From a virus (lineage: Duplodnaviria > Caudoviricetes), in the IMG/VR virus record IMGVR_UViG_3300049173_000142, positions 1 through 53,508 of that record: a stretch of DNA of 53,508 bases. The stretch is one strand, 5' to 3'. Below, piece after piece: positions 8,244-18,542 of this stretch. The notes under the pieces were generated by a model. That model did no database searches. It was not told where the DNA came from and saw only the letters and a program-made list of their open reading frames with translations. How positions within the stretch are numbered: the stretch's first letter is position 1; each line of letters begins with the position of its first letter. The position numbers and the translations under genes were made by a program.

Positions 8244-9637
8244 TAAACCAAATCCTCAAGAAAATCGTTGACGATGCGCGAACGGAAGATGACGTGTTCC
8301 GCCGGGTAAGGCGGCGTGAAATCGATGTTGAACCACACCTTGCCTTCCGCGATGGAAGCGGGCGAATTCAAGTCCGGGTCGGCGTAGCAACGGCCGCCAA
8401 TTAACGCACCCTGGGCGACAAGCCCGCGAATGTAGGCGTTAACGGACTCTTCGACATCATCGATATAGGTTTTCGTAATGTTGCGGTCCACGGCCCAAAG
8501 ATGGGCGCGCATGATGCTGTCGTTGATGATATCGGCGGTACGGACAACCGACAGAAATGCGAACTTCGCATCGGAAGAGCATGTACGGTTGCCCCATAGA
8601 CGGAAACCGTCTTCGCGGATGATTGTCGCTACATTGCCTTCGTTGAGAAGGTTTGCGCGACTGTTCGGATCGCCGAGGGCGAAATCAATCGGCCGCGACG
8701 TACCAAGAATACCGTTGATGTTCTGGTTTGACGGCGACCACCAAAAGCCCCGGTCATTGTCGATCTTGGCGATAAGACCGGCGACAGCCGACGAAGCCGG
8801 TTCGTTCACGATGTTTTCGCCGTGCGCGACCGTGACGAATGGATCAACCACGTAAACGCGTTTGCTGCCATAGTCTTCGGCGTAAGTCAGCGCGTCAGCG
8901 TCGGTCGTGTTCGGACCGTCCGCAATGATAACGGCCTTGAGCCGTTCGGCGATGCCGAGCATTTCCGCTACGACAGGGTTTGCCGAAGCGCCAGTTGCAG
9001 CCGTTGCGACCGCGCCATTACCGGCCCCACCGCCAGAGAATTCAACAGCGGGCGCGGTGACATAACCGAAGCCGGGCGAGTCGATAACAACGGAAGTAAC
9101 GACGCCGCCGACGACTACGGAATGAGCCGTTGCGCCTTCGCCGCCACCGCCGGTAAGGGCGACGGTCGGAGCGCTGGTATACCCGGCCCCACCGTTCGAT
9201 AGGTTAATAGTCTTGACGCCGATTGGACGGCTACCCGTGAAGCCGGGCGCGATAAGGATGCGCGGCGTCTGACCGACGACCGATTGCGCATCTATCAGAT
9301 TATGAACGCCTTCAAGAATGTTGGCCTGCGTTTCGGCGGCGTCTTCGCCCTCTTCGACCCGGACGACAATCACAACCGCGCCGATCTGGTCGAGGATGAG
9401 ATCAAGCGCGTTAAGAAGCGTGCCCGCACGGGTCTTCAAAACCGAAGTATCGAGGGCGGCCGCCTTTGAACGACTACCGGCGATAAGCACCGGTGTATTC
9501 AACGGGAACGTCGATACGTTTGCATCCGGTGCGGTTCCTACAATGCCGATGACCGACGACCGGACGGTACGAACCGGGCGCGGGCCGTCGTCAATCTCAA
9601 TGAGTTCAACACCGTGTAGAAATTGTTCGCCAGCCAT
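8243..9637 (-). CDS. Contractile tail sheath protein (P2 FI-like)
   Basis: FLHGVE, PRILIAPG, GFWWSPSNQ, GFRLWGNRT, FLSVVRTAD motifs. Confidence 0.95.
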   Translation of the reverse strand: MAGEQFLHGVELIEIDDGPRPVRTVRSSVIGIVGTAPDANVSTFPLNTPVLIAGSRSKAAALDTSVLKTRAGTLLNALDLILDQIGAVVIVVRVEEGEDAAETQANILEGVHNLIDAQSVVGQTPRILIAPGFTGSRPIGVKTINLSNGGAGYTSAPTVALTGGGGEGATAHSVVVGGVVTSVVIDSPGFGYVTAPAVEFSGGGAGNGAVATAATGASANPVVAEMLGIAERLKAVIIADGPNTTDADALTYAEDYGSKRVYVVDPFVTVAHGENIVNEPASSAVAGLIAKIDNDRGFWWSPSNQNINGILGTSRPIDFALGDPNSRANLLNEGNVATIIREDGFRLWGNRTCSSDAKFAFLSVVRTADIINDSIMRAHLWAVDRNITKTYIDDVEESVNAYIRGLVAQGALIGGRCYADPDLNSPASIAEGKVWFNIDFTPPYPAEHVIFRSRIVNDFLEDLV

Positions 9638-9641
9638 GAAA

Positions 9642-9713
9642 TGAATCCCTGTAAACGCGTTGACGTTTTGTAAACGCGTCTAGGGCGGCTCGCTATCACG
9701 GAAAAGAGAAACG
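9642..9713 (-). repeat. 72-bp duplicated regulatory leader, copy 2 (upstream of tail sheath)
   Basis: Matches 3294-3365 with 2 mismatches; contains 17-bp operator 9659-9675. Confidence 0.95.
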
Positions 9714-9723
9714 ATGCATTCGA

Positions 9724-10347
9724 TTAAAGGTCTAAGCCCGCAAGCCAAAGAACGTCAATCTGTTCTGGCGTCATACCTATGTCACCCGACGATCCAATGA
9801 AGTCGAAAAGCGGATCCGTACGGATGAATTCAATCACATTCTGGCGCTTACTCTTGACAACGGTTTTGTTTGGTTCTGGCAACGCTTCAACCGCAGCATC
9901 TATCATGCCGCGCAAATCGATACCGTTGGCGTTCCCATAAATATCGATCATGGCTTCAAATCGCCATTTGGCAAGCGGCGGGAATAGCTCGTCACGAGTC
10001 GGAGGGCGCTTGCTCATTATCGAGCCATCCCAAAGATGGCCGGTAATCGCACCGCCCTCTGATCCGGGGATGACGCTAGAGTCAGCGCTAATCTCGTCGG
10101 CATTGATGCCGATTATATCAAAACCGGCGATCTGCGATTGCTCCGCATCACGCTCAAACGAGCTAATTACGCCGTCATCGTTGACGGCAATATAGAAGTC
10201 ATGTTCGAATTGTGGGTATAGATCATGCCAAAGAACGTCATTTACATCGTAAAAGGCCATGACAGTTTTACTGTCAATCACATTGCCCGCGTCGTCTTTA
10301 AATTCAAAGGTCTTTGGTCTCATCGTTAACTTACCAAAGTTATGCAT
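9724..10347 (-). CDS. Putative tail fibre assembly/chaperone protein
   Basis: Directly after the fibre gene; C-terminal EFIRTDPLF..GMTPEQIDVLW motif seen in fibre-adjacent proteins; GGAG RBS. Confidence 0.55.
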   Translation of the reverse strand: MHNFGKLTMRPKTFEFKDDAGNVIDSKTVMAFYDVNDVLWHDLYPQFEHDFYIAVNDDGVISSFERDAEQSQIAGFDIIGINADEISADSSVIPGSEGGAITGHLWDGSIMSKRPPTRDELFPPLAKWRFEAMIDIYGNANGIDLRGMIDAAVEALPEPNKTVVKSKRQNVIEFIRTDPLFDFIGSSGDIGMTPEQIDVLWLAGLDL

Positions 10348-10362
10348 GACTATTCTCTCCTG

Positions 10363-11481
10363 TCAGAATGGGAAGGCGGCGAACCAGCCGATATTTGCGA
10401 TAAAGAGTTGAGGCTGACGAGCACCGAAAACATAGGCGTCTGACTGCAAGCGCTGCATATAAGTTATGACGTAGCCGCTGTTTTCCCATACACCGGAATT
10501 GGAACCCGGCTGGACAGACGTGAAGCCCGCCATGCGCGATGCGGTGACAGAGCGGTTAACAGCGGCGTTCTGATGTGCGCCGCATCTGCCTTCCCAATAC
10601 GTATTGAAGTCACCTAGCTGGGAGGTCCACAACGCCCCGTTGTCGGTCATGCGGAACATCCACCCACCGGCATTATTCAGGAAGCCTAGCTGTCCATCGT
10701 TGTGGTGAATGTGTCTGGTAGCAGCGGCCGTGCCGCTGTTATCGACCAATGAGATGTAGTTGGATGAACCAGTTAGTGTTAACTGTGGTGTGTTACCCGT
10801 AATCGCAAGTGGTCCGGTCATGGTGTCACCGGCCTTCGAAACGAAGAGCGCTGACAACGCGGCCTTGATATTGGCCCACGTCGTATAGAACACGGTCGCC
10901 GCGCCAGCCAGCACACCGGCGAACCTATCGCCGTCGGCCGGTGTAGTGGTCGCCGTTCCGCCTGCCATAGCCGCGCCGACGACAGCCGCCGGGATCTGAG
11001 TAGTTGGAACTTTGCCGGAAGCGTCCAGAGACGCATAACCCGATGCCTGGCCCTTTTGTGAAGTCAACTGGCGAGCCGTCAATTCATCCGTCAGATTTAT
11101 AATTTGACTGATAGAGTGTTCGTGATCGCCGAGGGCGGACGAAGCCGCTTGAGCCACCCATGCACCGCTCGGCGTCTTCACTAGAACGTAGTTATCTTGC
11201 GCCGCATCGGCCCCGTCTACGTCGGTAAGGTCGTCAAGCTTGAATGTCTTCGTCGCATCCATCTTGCCTTCAAGTGCGGCCGCTAGACCATCCACTTGCG
11301 GAATAGTATGGGTATGTGACGTCGGCGCTTTCCCGTTCAATGCTTCCAAAAGCGCAAAGATATCCGCATCTATCATCAAGACGGCGTCGCGCGCCTTTAC
11401 AATGGCGTCCGTTACGCTTTCGTCGGGAACCGCATCTTGATCCGGTATCGGGTAGTGACGGTTTTCTGTTTCTAAAGCCAT
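10363..11481 (-). CDS. Tail fibre protein
   Basis: HTHTIPQVDGL and HEHSISQIINL repeats, GYASLDASGKVP, FVSKAGDTMTG.L fibre motifs. Confidence 0.85.
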   Translation of the reverse strand: MALETENRHYPIPDQDAVPDESVTDAIVKARDAVLMIDADIFALLEALNGKAPTSHTHTIPQVDGLAAALEGKMDATKTFKLDDLTDVDGADAAQDNYVLVKTPSGAWVAQAASSALGDHEHSISQIINLTDELTARQLTSQKGQASGYASLDASGKVPTTQIPAAVVGAAMAGGTATTTPADGDRFAGVLAGAATVFYTTWANIKAALSALFVSKAGDTMTGPLAITGNTPQLTLTGSSNYISLVDNSGTAAATRHIHHNDGQLGFLNNAGGWMFRMTDNGALWTSQLGDFNTYWEGRCGAHQNAAVNRSVTASRMAGFTSVQPGSNSGVWENSGYVITYMQRLQSDAYVFGARQPQLFIANIGWFAAFPF

Positions 11482-11492
11482 GTTGATCGCCC

Positions 11493-14400
11493 CTACATTA
11501 TAGCCGCGCCAAAATCGCCGAAGGCTGGCCGCGAAGCCGGGCCGCCGGTGATCTTGACGCGCAAGCGGCCTTGTGCCGCCGTGATCGGTGTCTTTTCATA
11601 TTTCTTCTCAACCCACGCGGGATCTGAAAGCGCTTCGTTCGCGATAAGCGGAACAGCAATCCAAACGTCGTCGGCCTTGTCGTATTCCAAGGTCACGGTT
11701 GAGCCGGCCGGAAGCATCGCCTTAAAATAACTTGTGAGGCGAACAGCATTTCCGAAATTGAAGGCCCGGCTGACATACTCGCCAGCGGTGCGAATGGAAC
11801 CGGACAACAATTGCGGACCGGCGTATAGGACCGGCGAAAGCTTTTGCGTACCGGTTAGGATGGCGCGAAGCTCTACGGTTTCCGTGATGTACTCTTGCAG
11901 CTGCAAGACTTGATACGGCAACAAGCGGAAGATTTCGCCATTGGTGCGAACGATTTCAAACACGACGCGGCATTCCGGCGAAGGCAAGTCGATGGCCGCC
12001 CGCACCTGCAAATCACTGCAATTGACCAAATTAAACGAACCAAGTTCGACGGTCTTTGTCGTGACAGGGAACCACGCCGCGACCAGTTCGAAGGCTAGCG
12101 ACTCGTCTTGATGAAGTGTCCAGCTTTCGGCATTGACCGAACTTGAGCGCGGGCCGACCGGGTAAGGATGGACCGTTACGAATTTCTGCAAGTCGGGATC
12201 AAACGCGCCGAGCTTTGCGTACGATATCGAGTGTTCGTTGTCGTCGGACTTAATGACGAATGCGAAAGTTTGGTCGTCACTTGTGAAGACCGGGAAATGA
12301 TACCGGGATTGACGCCAACCGACGGCCGTTCCTGCCATCGGCACAAGTGCCTCGGCCATAATGTCAGTCGTCGGAAATCCCATGTCGGTGTAAACTTGAT
12401 TCACCAAAAGATGGTTTTGGTCGTTGCCGATTTTGCAGACATGGAAATTCACGCCAAGGATTTGTCGCGGTTCCGTAAGCGCAAAGTTTTGTGCTTGGGG
12501 ATCCGCGCCCGCATTACCGGCGGAACCGGAACTGTCGCCGGAACCACGGCGCGGCCTTACCACGATTGGAGGCGGCTGCGTTGGATCAGGGACCGGCGCG
12601 GGCGGCGGCGGCGGCGGCGATGACCAATGTTCAATGGTCGTCACTTTCCGCATGACGTCAATGTCAATGATTCCTTGGCCGGTAAAGAAGGTCGTAGCGC
12701 GCGTACCGCCCGCACCGACGGCGACAATCGCTTTTGTTCCGGCCGGTACATTCGCCGGAATGGCAAAGGTGCCGGTGATCTTACCTTCGGCGTCGCCAAC
12801 TTGGACACCGGCGGGCTTCACGTTGAGACTGTCGAAGGTCAATTCGTTGAGGATTTCACCGATACCGAAACCCGATATGGTGAAGGTTACATTGATCGGC
12901 CGGAGGAATTCCGCTTGCTCTTGGCGGCGGTCAACGACTTGGTTCGCCGAAGAGGTCGACTCCAGCGGTCCGCCATCGAACCTAATTCCGCGATTAAATT
13001 CGTTCGTCTGTGGCGAAGTCCAAACCGTCTGTGAAACTGTCCAGAAATCAACGGACGGTGTCAGTTTGACTACACCGGGAAGCGGCGCGAAATTCGCATA
13101 TGGATTGATCTTCGTGCAGCCCGTTTTCAGGTTTTGGCTAACGATAATCTGCTCGCTGTAATCCAGCATGACAGGCTCAACCAACGTTGACTGAAAAATA
13201 GTCACGTCAATTGCAAGCTGCATCATTCCAAAACCAATTGCCGCCGATTGGGCTTCGCCCAAATCGCGATAGCTATCGTCTACCAAAGGATCAACGAATA
13301 CGCCTTTTTTGGCTACAGGTTCGCGGGAGTCTATCCCGGACTTTAGCCGCTCCAATTGGATAAGACGGGTATGGTCGAGAACAACGTTCCAAAGCTTCCA
13401 CAACTCGCCGTAGGGAATGACGCTGATACCGTTGTTTATGATGGTCGGTTTATTGATCCAATCATTGTGAATTTCACACAATGGCAGGACTTCCACCGGC
13501 GCAACGGGAACCATCGGATTAGCGCGGGCCGGAACGCCTTTCACATAAGCGGGCGCACCGGAAACGTCCAGGCAAAGCAAATCAACGCGGGGCAATTTGT
13601 AGGTGTAGGCAAGGATCGCTTCGCCGCCGGTCGCACCGCCCGAAACAGTGATGCTGTTATAGGTCGTGCTATCCGCAACGACGCTTGCACGATAGCGGTA
13701 CTTCACGTCGTACGACGAACCAGTAGCGGGCTCCGCACCGGCCGGACCCCAATCGACGCCGTTGCCGGTCTTTAGATAGGTCGTGTAGACGGTCGCGCCC
13801 TGCTTTACTTCGAGGATTTGAAGAACGCTGGTATCGGGCAAGCCATCGATTCCATTGGCTTGCGCACCACGCGTTAGCGTTACCGTTCGTTCCTTCTCCA
13901 AGAGAATGCCGTTGACTTCTGCGAGCGGGAAAAAGTCCAAGATGAACGTTGCAGATGCACCGCCGGGATAGGTATGACTCTCGCCGGGCACGGCCGCTTC
14001 GTCCCAATCTTCCGGTTCGGCATGCCTCAACGATGCGGCGCGTGTCCGTTTGAAACCGCTAATATTGGCTTCGCCCTGTTCGATTGAAAAGTGCTGATAA
14101 CCAGCATCGGAACCAAGTGCCGTTACCCGACAACCATTGACGATATAGTGCCCGTGCGCGCGGTCGTAGACGGCAAGCGCTTGCGTTACGCCCTCAAGCA
14201 ATGGCGGCTCTTTTTGGTCTAGTATGGTGCCGTCCTGCAAGAGATATACCGGGTAAAAATCGCCTTCCCCTTCGTCGGTGCTAATCGCCCAGGCTATCGA
14301 TGCTAATTCACGCGCCGCGCCGCCTTCGCCCTCTGACAAAGCGCCCGGCACGATTCCTACTAGCGACGCGTCGTCGTCATGCGTGATCCAGATGCGGACA

Positions 14401-14741
14401 AGACGGACACCAATTTCCACCCGACCCGACATAGCAACGTCGGTCAATACGGTTGCAGCGACCGGAAAAGTGTCGCCGGAAATGAAAACTTGACCGTCTG
14501 CGAGAGTTACGGTTTTTGCGTCTACATCAACAATAGCGTCGGCGCCAGAAATGCGGTCGCCGTCCCGCGCGACAAGTCGGCTTAATCGATCGTGCCGACC
14601 GCGTGCAATCGTCTGCATTTCCGTCAATTCAGCCATTTGAATGTATGGCCGGTCGCCGTAGAAAACTACGGATTGCCATTCGGGCTTGTCCTTCGCCCGG
14701 TCAAATGCATTTGGCAGGCCGCTTTCGTGCTCGTAAGCCAT
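11493..14741 (-). CDS. Large baseplate/tail protein (DUF4815-like)
   Basis: ~1080 aa after gene I; KGVFVDPLVDD..RD, KINPY, WTLHQDESLAF motifs; real start ATG 14741 (MAYEHESG). Confidence 0.75.
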   Translation of the reverse strand: MAYEHESGLPNAFDRAKDKPEWQSVVFYGDRPYIQMAELTEMQTIARGRHDRLSRLVARDGDRISGADAIVDVDAKTVTLADGQVFISGDTFPVAATVLTDVAMSGRVEIGVRLVRIWITHDDDASLVGIVPGALSEGEGGAARELASIAWAISTDEGEGDFYPVYLLQDGTILDQKEPPLLEGVTQALAVYDRAHGHYIVNGCRVTALGSDAGYQHFSIEQGEANISGFKRTRAASLRHAEPEDWDEAAVPGESHTYPGGASATFILDFFPLAEVNGILLEKERTVTLTRGAQANGIDGLPDTSVLQILEVKQGATVYTTYLKTGNGVDWGPAGAEPATGSSYDVKYRYRASVVADSTTYNSITVSGGATGGEAILAYTYKLPRVDLLCLDVSGAPAYVKGVPARANPMVPVAPVEVLPLCEIHNDWINKPTIINNGISVIPYGELWKLWNVVLDHTRLIQLERLKSGIDSREPVAKKGVFVDPLVDDSYRDLGEAQSAAIGFGMMQLAIDVTIFQSTLVEPVMLDYSEQIIVSQNLKTGCTKINPYANFAPLPGVVKLTPSVDFWTVSQTVWTSPQTNEFNRGIRFDGGPLESTSSANQVVDRRQEQAEFLRPINVTFTISGFGIGEILNELTFDSLNVKPAGVQVGDAEGKITGTFAIPANVPAGTKAIVAVGAGGTRATTFFTGQGIIDIDVMRKVTTIEHWSSPPPPPPAPVPDPTQPPPIVVRPRRGSGDSSGSAGNAGADPQAQNFALTEPRQILGVNFHVCKIGNDQNHLLVNQVYTDMGFPTTDIMAEALVPMAGTAVGWRQSRYHFPVFTSDDQTFAFVIKSDDNEHSISYAKLGAFDPDLQKFVTVHPYPVGPRSSSVNAESWTLHQDESLAFELVAAWFPVTTKTVELGSFNLVNCSDLQVRAAIDLPSPECRVVFEIVRTNGEIFRLLPYQVLQLQEYITETVELRAILTGTQKLSPVLYAGPQLLSGSIRTAGEYVSRAFNFGNAVRLTSYFKAMLPAGSTVTLEYDKADDVWIAVPLIANEALSDPAWVEKKYEKTPITAAQGRLRVKITGGPASRPAFGDFGAAIM

Positions 14742-14743
14742 AG

Positions 14744-15877
14744 TCAGAACCCCAACAGAAATTTGAATTGATCGCGCACCGTCTTGCGAAGCGGGATGGA
14801 TACGGCTTTCGCCATGATTTCGACGCCGCCGGTGATCTGGTTTGGCTCCAGCCACAACCGGCCATCGGGAACGCCAGCCGACAGAACACCGCCGACAAGA
14901 AGAGAAACAAATTTGGCTTCACGGTCGGCGACGTCGCCGAATTGGGTCATCGCTTCGATATAAACGGAGCCGCCCGACAACTTCGGCTCGTAACGGTTCG
15001 GGCCGAATATGTAAGATCCATTAAATACGCCCGCGACAGGACGGACCGCGCGACAACGCCGATAACCGATGACGTCATTATTTGCGTCGCGCAAAGCAAG
15101 GAATAAAACCTTATTGGCGAACCACCCGGCCAACGTCTGTCGGCGTTGCTCTTCCGGCGTCGCCGCCCATGAAGCCGTCGCCGTCTTCCACGGGAACGCA
15201 GCGGCTATCCAAGCCAGCACGCCGCCTTCTATTGGCGGAAGCCAATTTCCAATTGCCAAGCCTTCCGCTTCCGTCAACGTATGCGCGAATTCGACGGTTC
15301 GGCCGAAAGACCATATCGCGCCTTCTGGAAAATTCAGCGTTCCCGCCGTTGCCTTCACTCCGCTTTCGAAGTCAAGCAATGAGGCGTCCAGCCGGGAAAA
15401 ATCGCCGATAAGCGCACCGACGTCGTATTGATAGACGCCGCGACGGAACTTGGAACGAAGCGCTGTCGATAGGCTGGATAATGCTTCGATCCGCTCAAGG
15501 TCCGGTGCATCCTTAGCGGGAAGCGTCGTGAAACGAAGCTGGTAAGAATTCCAGAATCGGCGACCGGTCCAAGCTTCTTCGATAGCCGCGACCAAGCCAA
15601 GCCAACCGAGTCCCATCGCGACGGCGCGCAACGTACCGCGTACCCGCTGCCACGCGATGCCCTCTTTGATGAGCGCATAAAGGTTCGGTACGTATGGCGT
15701 TAGTTCGCCCAGGCCATACTCATAAATCAGAAATGGCAGGAACGACGACGGCGGAACAAGCAACTTCGTCCCGGCAACAGCATCGGCCGAATTCGAAACG
15801 GCTTCCGGCGCAAGTATCGCGGTTTCAACGTTCCGTTCGAATGCGGTCGAATTGGATGGGAGAAGAGAAGCAACCAT
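14744..15877 (-). CDS. Baseplate/tail protein I (P2 gpI-like, extended)
   Basis: SLLPSNSTAFER..FLPFLIYEYG..WQRVRGT..AV; follows J. Confidence 0.82.
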   Translation of the reverse strand: MVASLLPSNSTAFERNVETAILAPEAVSNSADAVAGTKLLVPPSSFLPFLIYEYGLGELTPYVPNLYALIKEGIAWQRVRGTLRAVAMGLGWLGLVAAIEEAWTGRRFWNSYQLRFTTLPAKDAPDLERIEALSSLSTALRSKFRRGVYQYDVGALIGDFSRLDASLLDFESGVKATAGTLNFPEGAIWSFGRTVEFAHTLTEAEGLAIGNWLPPIEGGVLAWIAAAFPWKTATASWAATPEEQRRQTLAGWFANKVLFLALRDANNDVIGYRRCRAVRPVAGVFNGSYIFGPNRYEPKLSGGSVYIEAMTQFGDVADREAKFVSLLVGGVLSAGVPDGRLWLEPNQITGGVEIMAKAVSIPLRKTVRDQFKFLLGF

Positions 15878-16728
15878 TAGAAGTCGCGCCCCTTCACCAA
15901 TATCGTAACGGTGCCTAGCGCGGCGGCTTGGTTCGGCGGGACGACAATCGTTGCGGTCGGTAGGATGACAGTAACGTTTTGAACGCCTGCAATCATCAAC
16001 TTACCTATAATCCACGCGATAGTGATATCCCGGCCTAGCTGCATTTCGGCCGCGAAAGCGGTCCGCAAAGATGCTTCCATAAGTGCCGCCGTGTCGTTCG
16101 ATGCGGTCGGCAAAAGCCACGCTTGAACAGAAATGTTGTAAGTGTTTGTCGCGGCGGCGGCGACGACGATGGTATCGTTGACCATCCGAACGTTGATATC
16201 CTGCAAGGCGGCGTCCACCTTACCAAGTAGAATCGCATCAGCGACGCCACCGTTGTCATTGGAAAACACCGCGACGCGAATCGTAGGATCACGGCCGACC
16301 GTGTAGACGGCGACGTTGCTCACCCGGATATCGGACGACATGGCGATGAACTTGTAACGCGGTTCCGTGCCGCCGGTGGACCGACCTTCGATTGCCAAGA
16401 TGACGCGAAGGCGTAACCGGTCGTCCAGTTCGCCGACCATGCGGATAACGCCATAGAAGGCCGCCAGATGGTCGAGGTCGGAACCGGCTGCGAATGCCAG
16501 CAAATTCGCCCGAACAGCGTCGTTGACGCGCTGGCGAAGCACGAATTCATTATAGGCGTCAACCTCAATCAACTTAATGACCGGGTCGCTTTCTAAGATC
16601 GCGTCGAAGCCTTCCGGGTCGAGTGACACAAGTCTGTCAATCGAACGCTGGCGTATCTCTTCGTAGGAAAGAGTCTCAATGATAGCGGGCTTCGGCAACC
16701 CGCTAAGCTGAGACTGCAAGTCGGTCAT
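15877..16728 (-). CDS. Baseplate assembly protein J
   Basis: LPKPAIIETLSYE, ESDPVIKL, LRQRVNDA, AAGSDLDHLA. Confidence 0.93.
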   Translation of the reverse strand: MTDLQSQLSGLPKPAIIETLSYEEIRQRSIDRLVSLDPEGFDAILESDPVIKLIEVDAYNEFVLRQRVNDAVRANLLAFAAGSDLDHLAAFYGVIRMVGELDDRLRLRVILAIEGRSTGGTEPRYKFIAMSSDIRVSNVAVYTVGRDPTIRVAVFSNDNGGVADAILLGKVDAALQDINVRMVNDTIVVAAAATNTYNISVQAWLLPTASNDTAALMEASLRTAFAAEMQLGRDITIAWIIGKLMIAGVQNVTVILPTATIVVPPNQAAALGTVTILVKGRDF

Positions 16729-17066
16729 TTTACTATGATCCCATCAAGAGAAATGACCTTGCCCGTTGGCAAATAGTCACCCGTTAATGAGAAATCTATA
16801 ACCCCGTCGCCCAAGACCGAGAACGAAGAATTCCGCAAACGCAAACGCGGTTCCCATTTTGTCAACGCTTCCGCCAAAGCCACATAGAGATCAACGGCGA
16901 ATTCTTCATTCACTGGCCTATCGACCAAGTTCGGAAGGTCGGAGCCGTAGTCGCGGCGCATGACGCGCGTTCCGATTCTGGTCGTGATGATATCCGTAAT
17001 GGACTGTTTCAAATGGTCCATATCCTCAAGCGGGCGACCCGTGTTTCGGTTCATTCCTTGCGTCAT
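16725..17066 (-). CDS. Baseplate wedge protein W (gp25 family)
   Basis: GMNRNTG..HLKQSITDIITTRIGTRVMRRDYGS..WEPR; start trimmed to ATG 17066. Confidence 0.93.
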   Translation of the reverse strand: MTQGMNRNTGRPLEDMDHLKQSITDIITTRIGTRVMRRDYGSDLPNLVDRPVNEEFAVDLYVALAEALTKWEPRLRLRNSSFSVLGDGVIDFSLTGDYLPTGKVISLDGIIVK

Positions 17067-17077
17067 GATCTTTCCCT

Positions 17078-17644
17078 CTAGTGCGGCGTCGAAGTATCGG
17101 ACCCGCCCGGCATAACCCCGCCGTGAACATGTGAGTCGCCGATGTTCTTGCCGTTGTGCGTGAGCGACTCGGATTCCAATTCGATACCGCCCGGCGCGCT
17201 TATCTTGAGCCCGGTACCGGTACCGACGATGGATGCGCCGCCACCTATAGAAAGATGGAACGCGCCGCCCTGGGCGACTGTCATCTTGTAGGATTTGGAT
17301 TCGTGGTCGTATTCGACAACGGTGCCATCGGGATATTTTACCCGGTGGATTGTTGCGGTGTCGCCAGCTTGATTTGCGCCGGTATGGATGCTTCCAATGA
17401 TGACGCCTTGCGACAGGTCGCCGGATGGGCTCGCGATGACAACTTGCTCGCCGACCGACCGGGCTTCGAACGTGACGGTATCCCCTGCCCGTGCCTGTGT
17501 GTCCGGGATCCAATCGGTTTCTAGTTCGCCGTACTGCACGCGATAGCGCGCCTTCTTGGCGTCAACCTTGGATATCTTGCCGACGATGATGCCATTCGAT
17601 AGGCGGCGTTTCAGGTCGGTAATTTCATTGTCGCGGCGTTCCAT
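17078..17644 (-). CDS. Baseplate spike protein V
   Basis: TDWIP..RAG..SVGEQVV.SPSGDL; C-terminal HVHGGV..G metal-binding tip. Confidence 0.93.
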   Translation of the reverse strand: MERRDNEITDLKRRLSNGIIVGKISKVDAKKARYRVQYGELETDWIPDTQARAGDTVTFEARSVGEQVVIASPSGDLSQGVIIGSIHTGANQAGDTATIHRVKYPDGTVVEYDHESKSYKMTVAQGGAFHLSIGGGASIVGTGTGLKISAPGGIELESESLTHNGKNIGDSHVHGGVMPGGSDTSTPH

Positions 17645-17646
17645 GG

Positions 17647-18189
17647 CTACGCGACCACTTCGGAATAATCGGGCTCATGTCCCGGCCCGGTATCCGGGTC
17701 GAAGCCAAGCAAGACAATGGTCGGCTGCAGGCCGGTATCATCTTGAACGTTGGTGTAGTAGGAAACTTCCCAATCCATGACGGCACAAAACAGCGCCATT
17801 TCGCCTTTCTCGGCGAACGCTATATTCGTATCTGCCAGATGAGCCCATTCGACTAGATTGCTCAAGGTCGGGTCGGTAAGCATGGTGTTTTCAACCGACC
17901 AAGCCATTGTATCGGCTTCCGCCGCGCCGTCATCGCCGATGGCATAACATTCGATGCGCAACGCCATGATGCGACGGCGCAACCCTTGCTGATGGCGGTA
18001 TTCGGGATCCGTCTTTTCGCCCAGGGTATAGACAAGGATTTGTTTCGGGCGGTCCGGATTAGGTTCGGTGTCCCGGCTGTCAAAAACATATTTGCCCGCG
18101 CCGGTCGGATATGACACCGGGTCGCCAGCTATCGGCGCTTTGAGCAAATCCGTTACGCGTTGACGAATGATCTTCCGTGGATGCAGCAT
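17647..18189 (-). CDS. Tail completion/terminator-like protein
   Basis: HPRKIIRQRV..LL..VFDSR..ILVYT..E pattern; lies between head-tail adaptor and spike. Confidence 0.65.
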   Translation of the reverse strand: MLHPRKIIRQRVTDLLKAPIAGDPVSYPTGAGKYVFDSRDTEPNPDRPKQILVYTLGEKTDPEYRHQQGLRRRIMALRIECYAIGDDGAAEADTMAWSVENTMLTDPTLSNLVEWAHLADTNIAFAEKGEMALFCAVMDWEVSYYTNVQDDTGLQPTIVLLGFDPDTGPGHEPDYSEVVA

Positions 18190-18201
18190 GACCGCACGTC
18201 C

Positions 18202-18525
18202 TTACATTTTACGAAGGTGCGCTTTCATCATCCCGGACGAAGACGGAAGCGCCTTGATAACCCGGTACTTTGTCCCGTTGATCGTAGCTTCATCGTCTTG
18301 CTTTGGTTCGAGTCCGCCAATGTCAGACAGTTTGATATCAAGCACCGGGATCCGGATCGTTACCGGGACGCTTCCGCCGACTTCCGTTGTCTCAAAGCTA
18401 GGATCAAAAATCGCGTCGATATCCGGGTAAGTGATATCCGTAGCAAATTGGAAATAGGAAACGGCTTGCCCGAAGGTATCCCGAACAATGTCGGTCATTC
18501 CGTCAAGCAAGTCGTTCCAATCCAT
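18202..18525 (-). CDS. Head-tail joining protein (gpFII-like)
   Basis: 107 aa beta-rich protein (FGQAVSY..AIFD..PKQDDEATING..YRV) after the capsid gene. Confidence 0.7.
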   Translation of the reverse strand: MDWNDLLDGMTDIVRDTFGQAVSYFQFATDITYPDIDAIFDPSFETTEVGGSVPVTIRIPVLDIKLSDIGGLEPKQDDEATINGTKYRVIKALPSSSGMMKAHLRKM

Positions 18526-18542
18526 ATGGGCTACCGCCGGGC

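Noticed and set aside
12500-12625. Poly-Pro/Gly-Ser run (GGC repeats) in the large tail protein as a hypervariable repeat
   Set aside because: In-frame low-complexity linker; no evidence of phase variation
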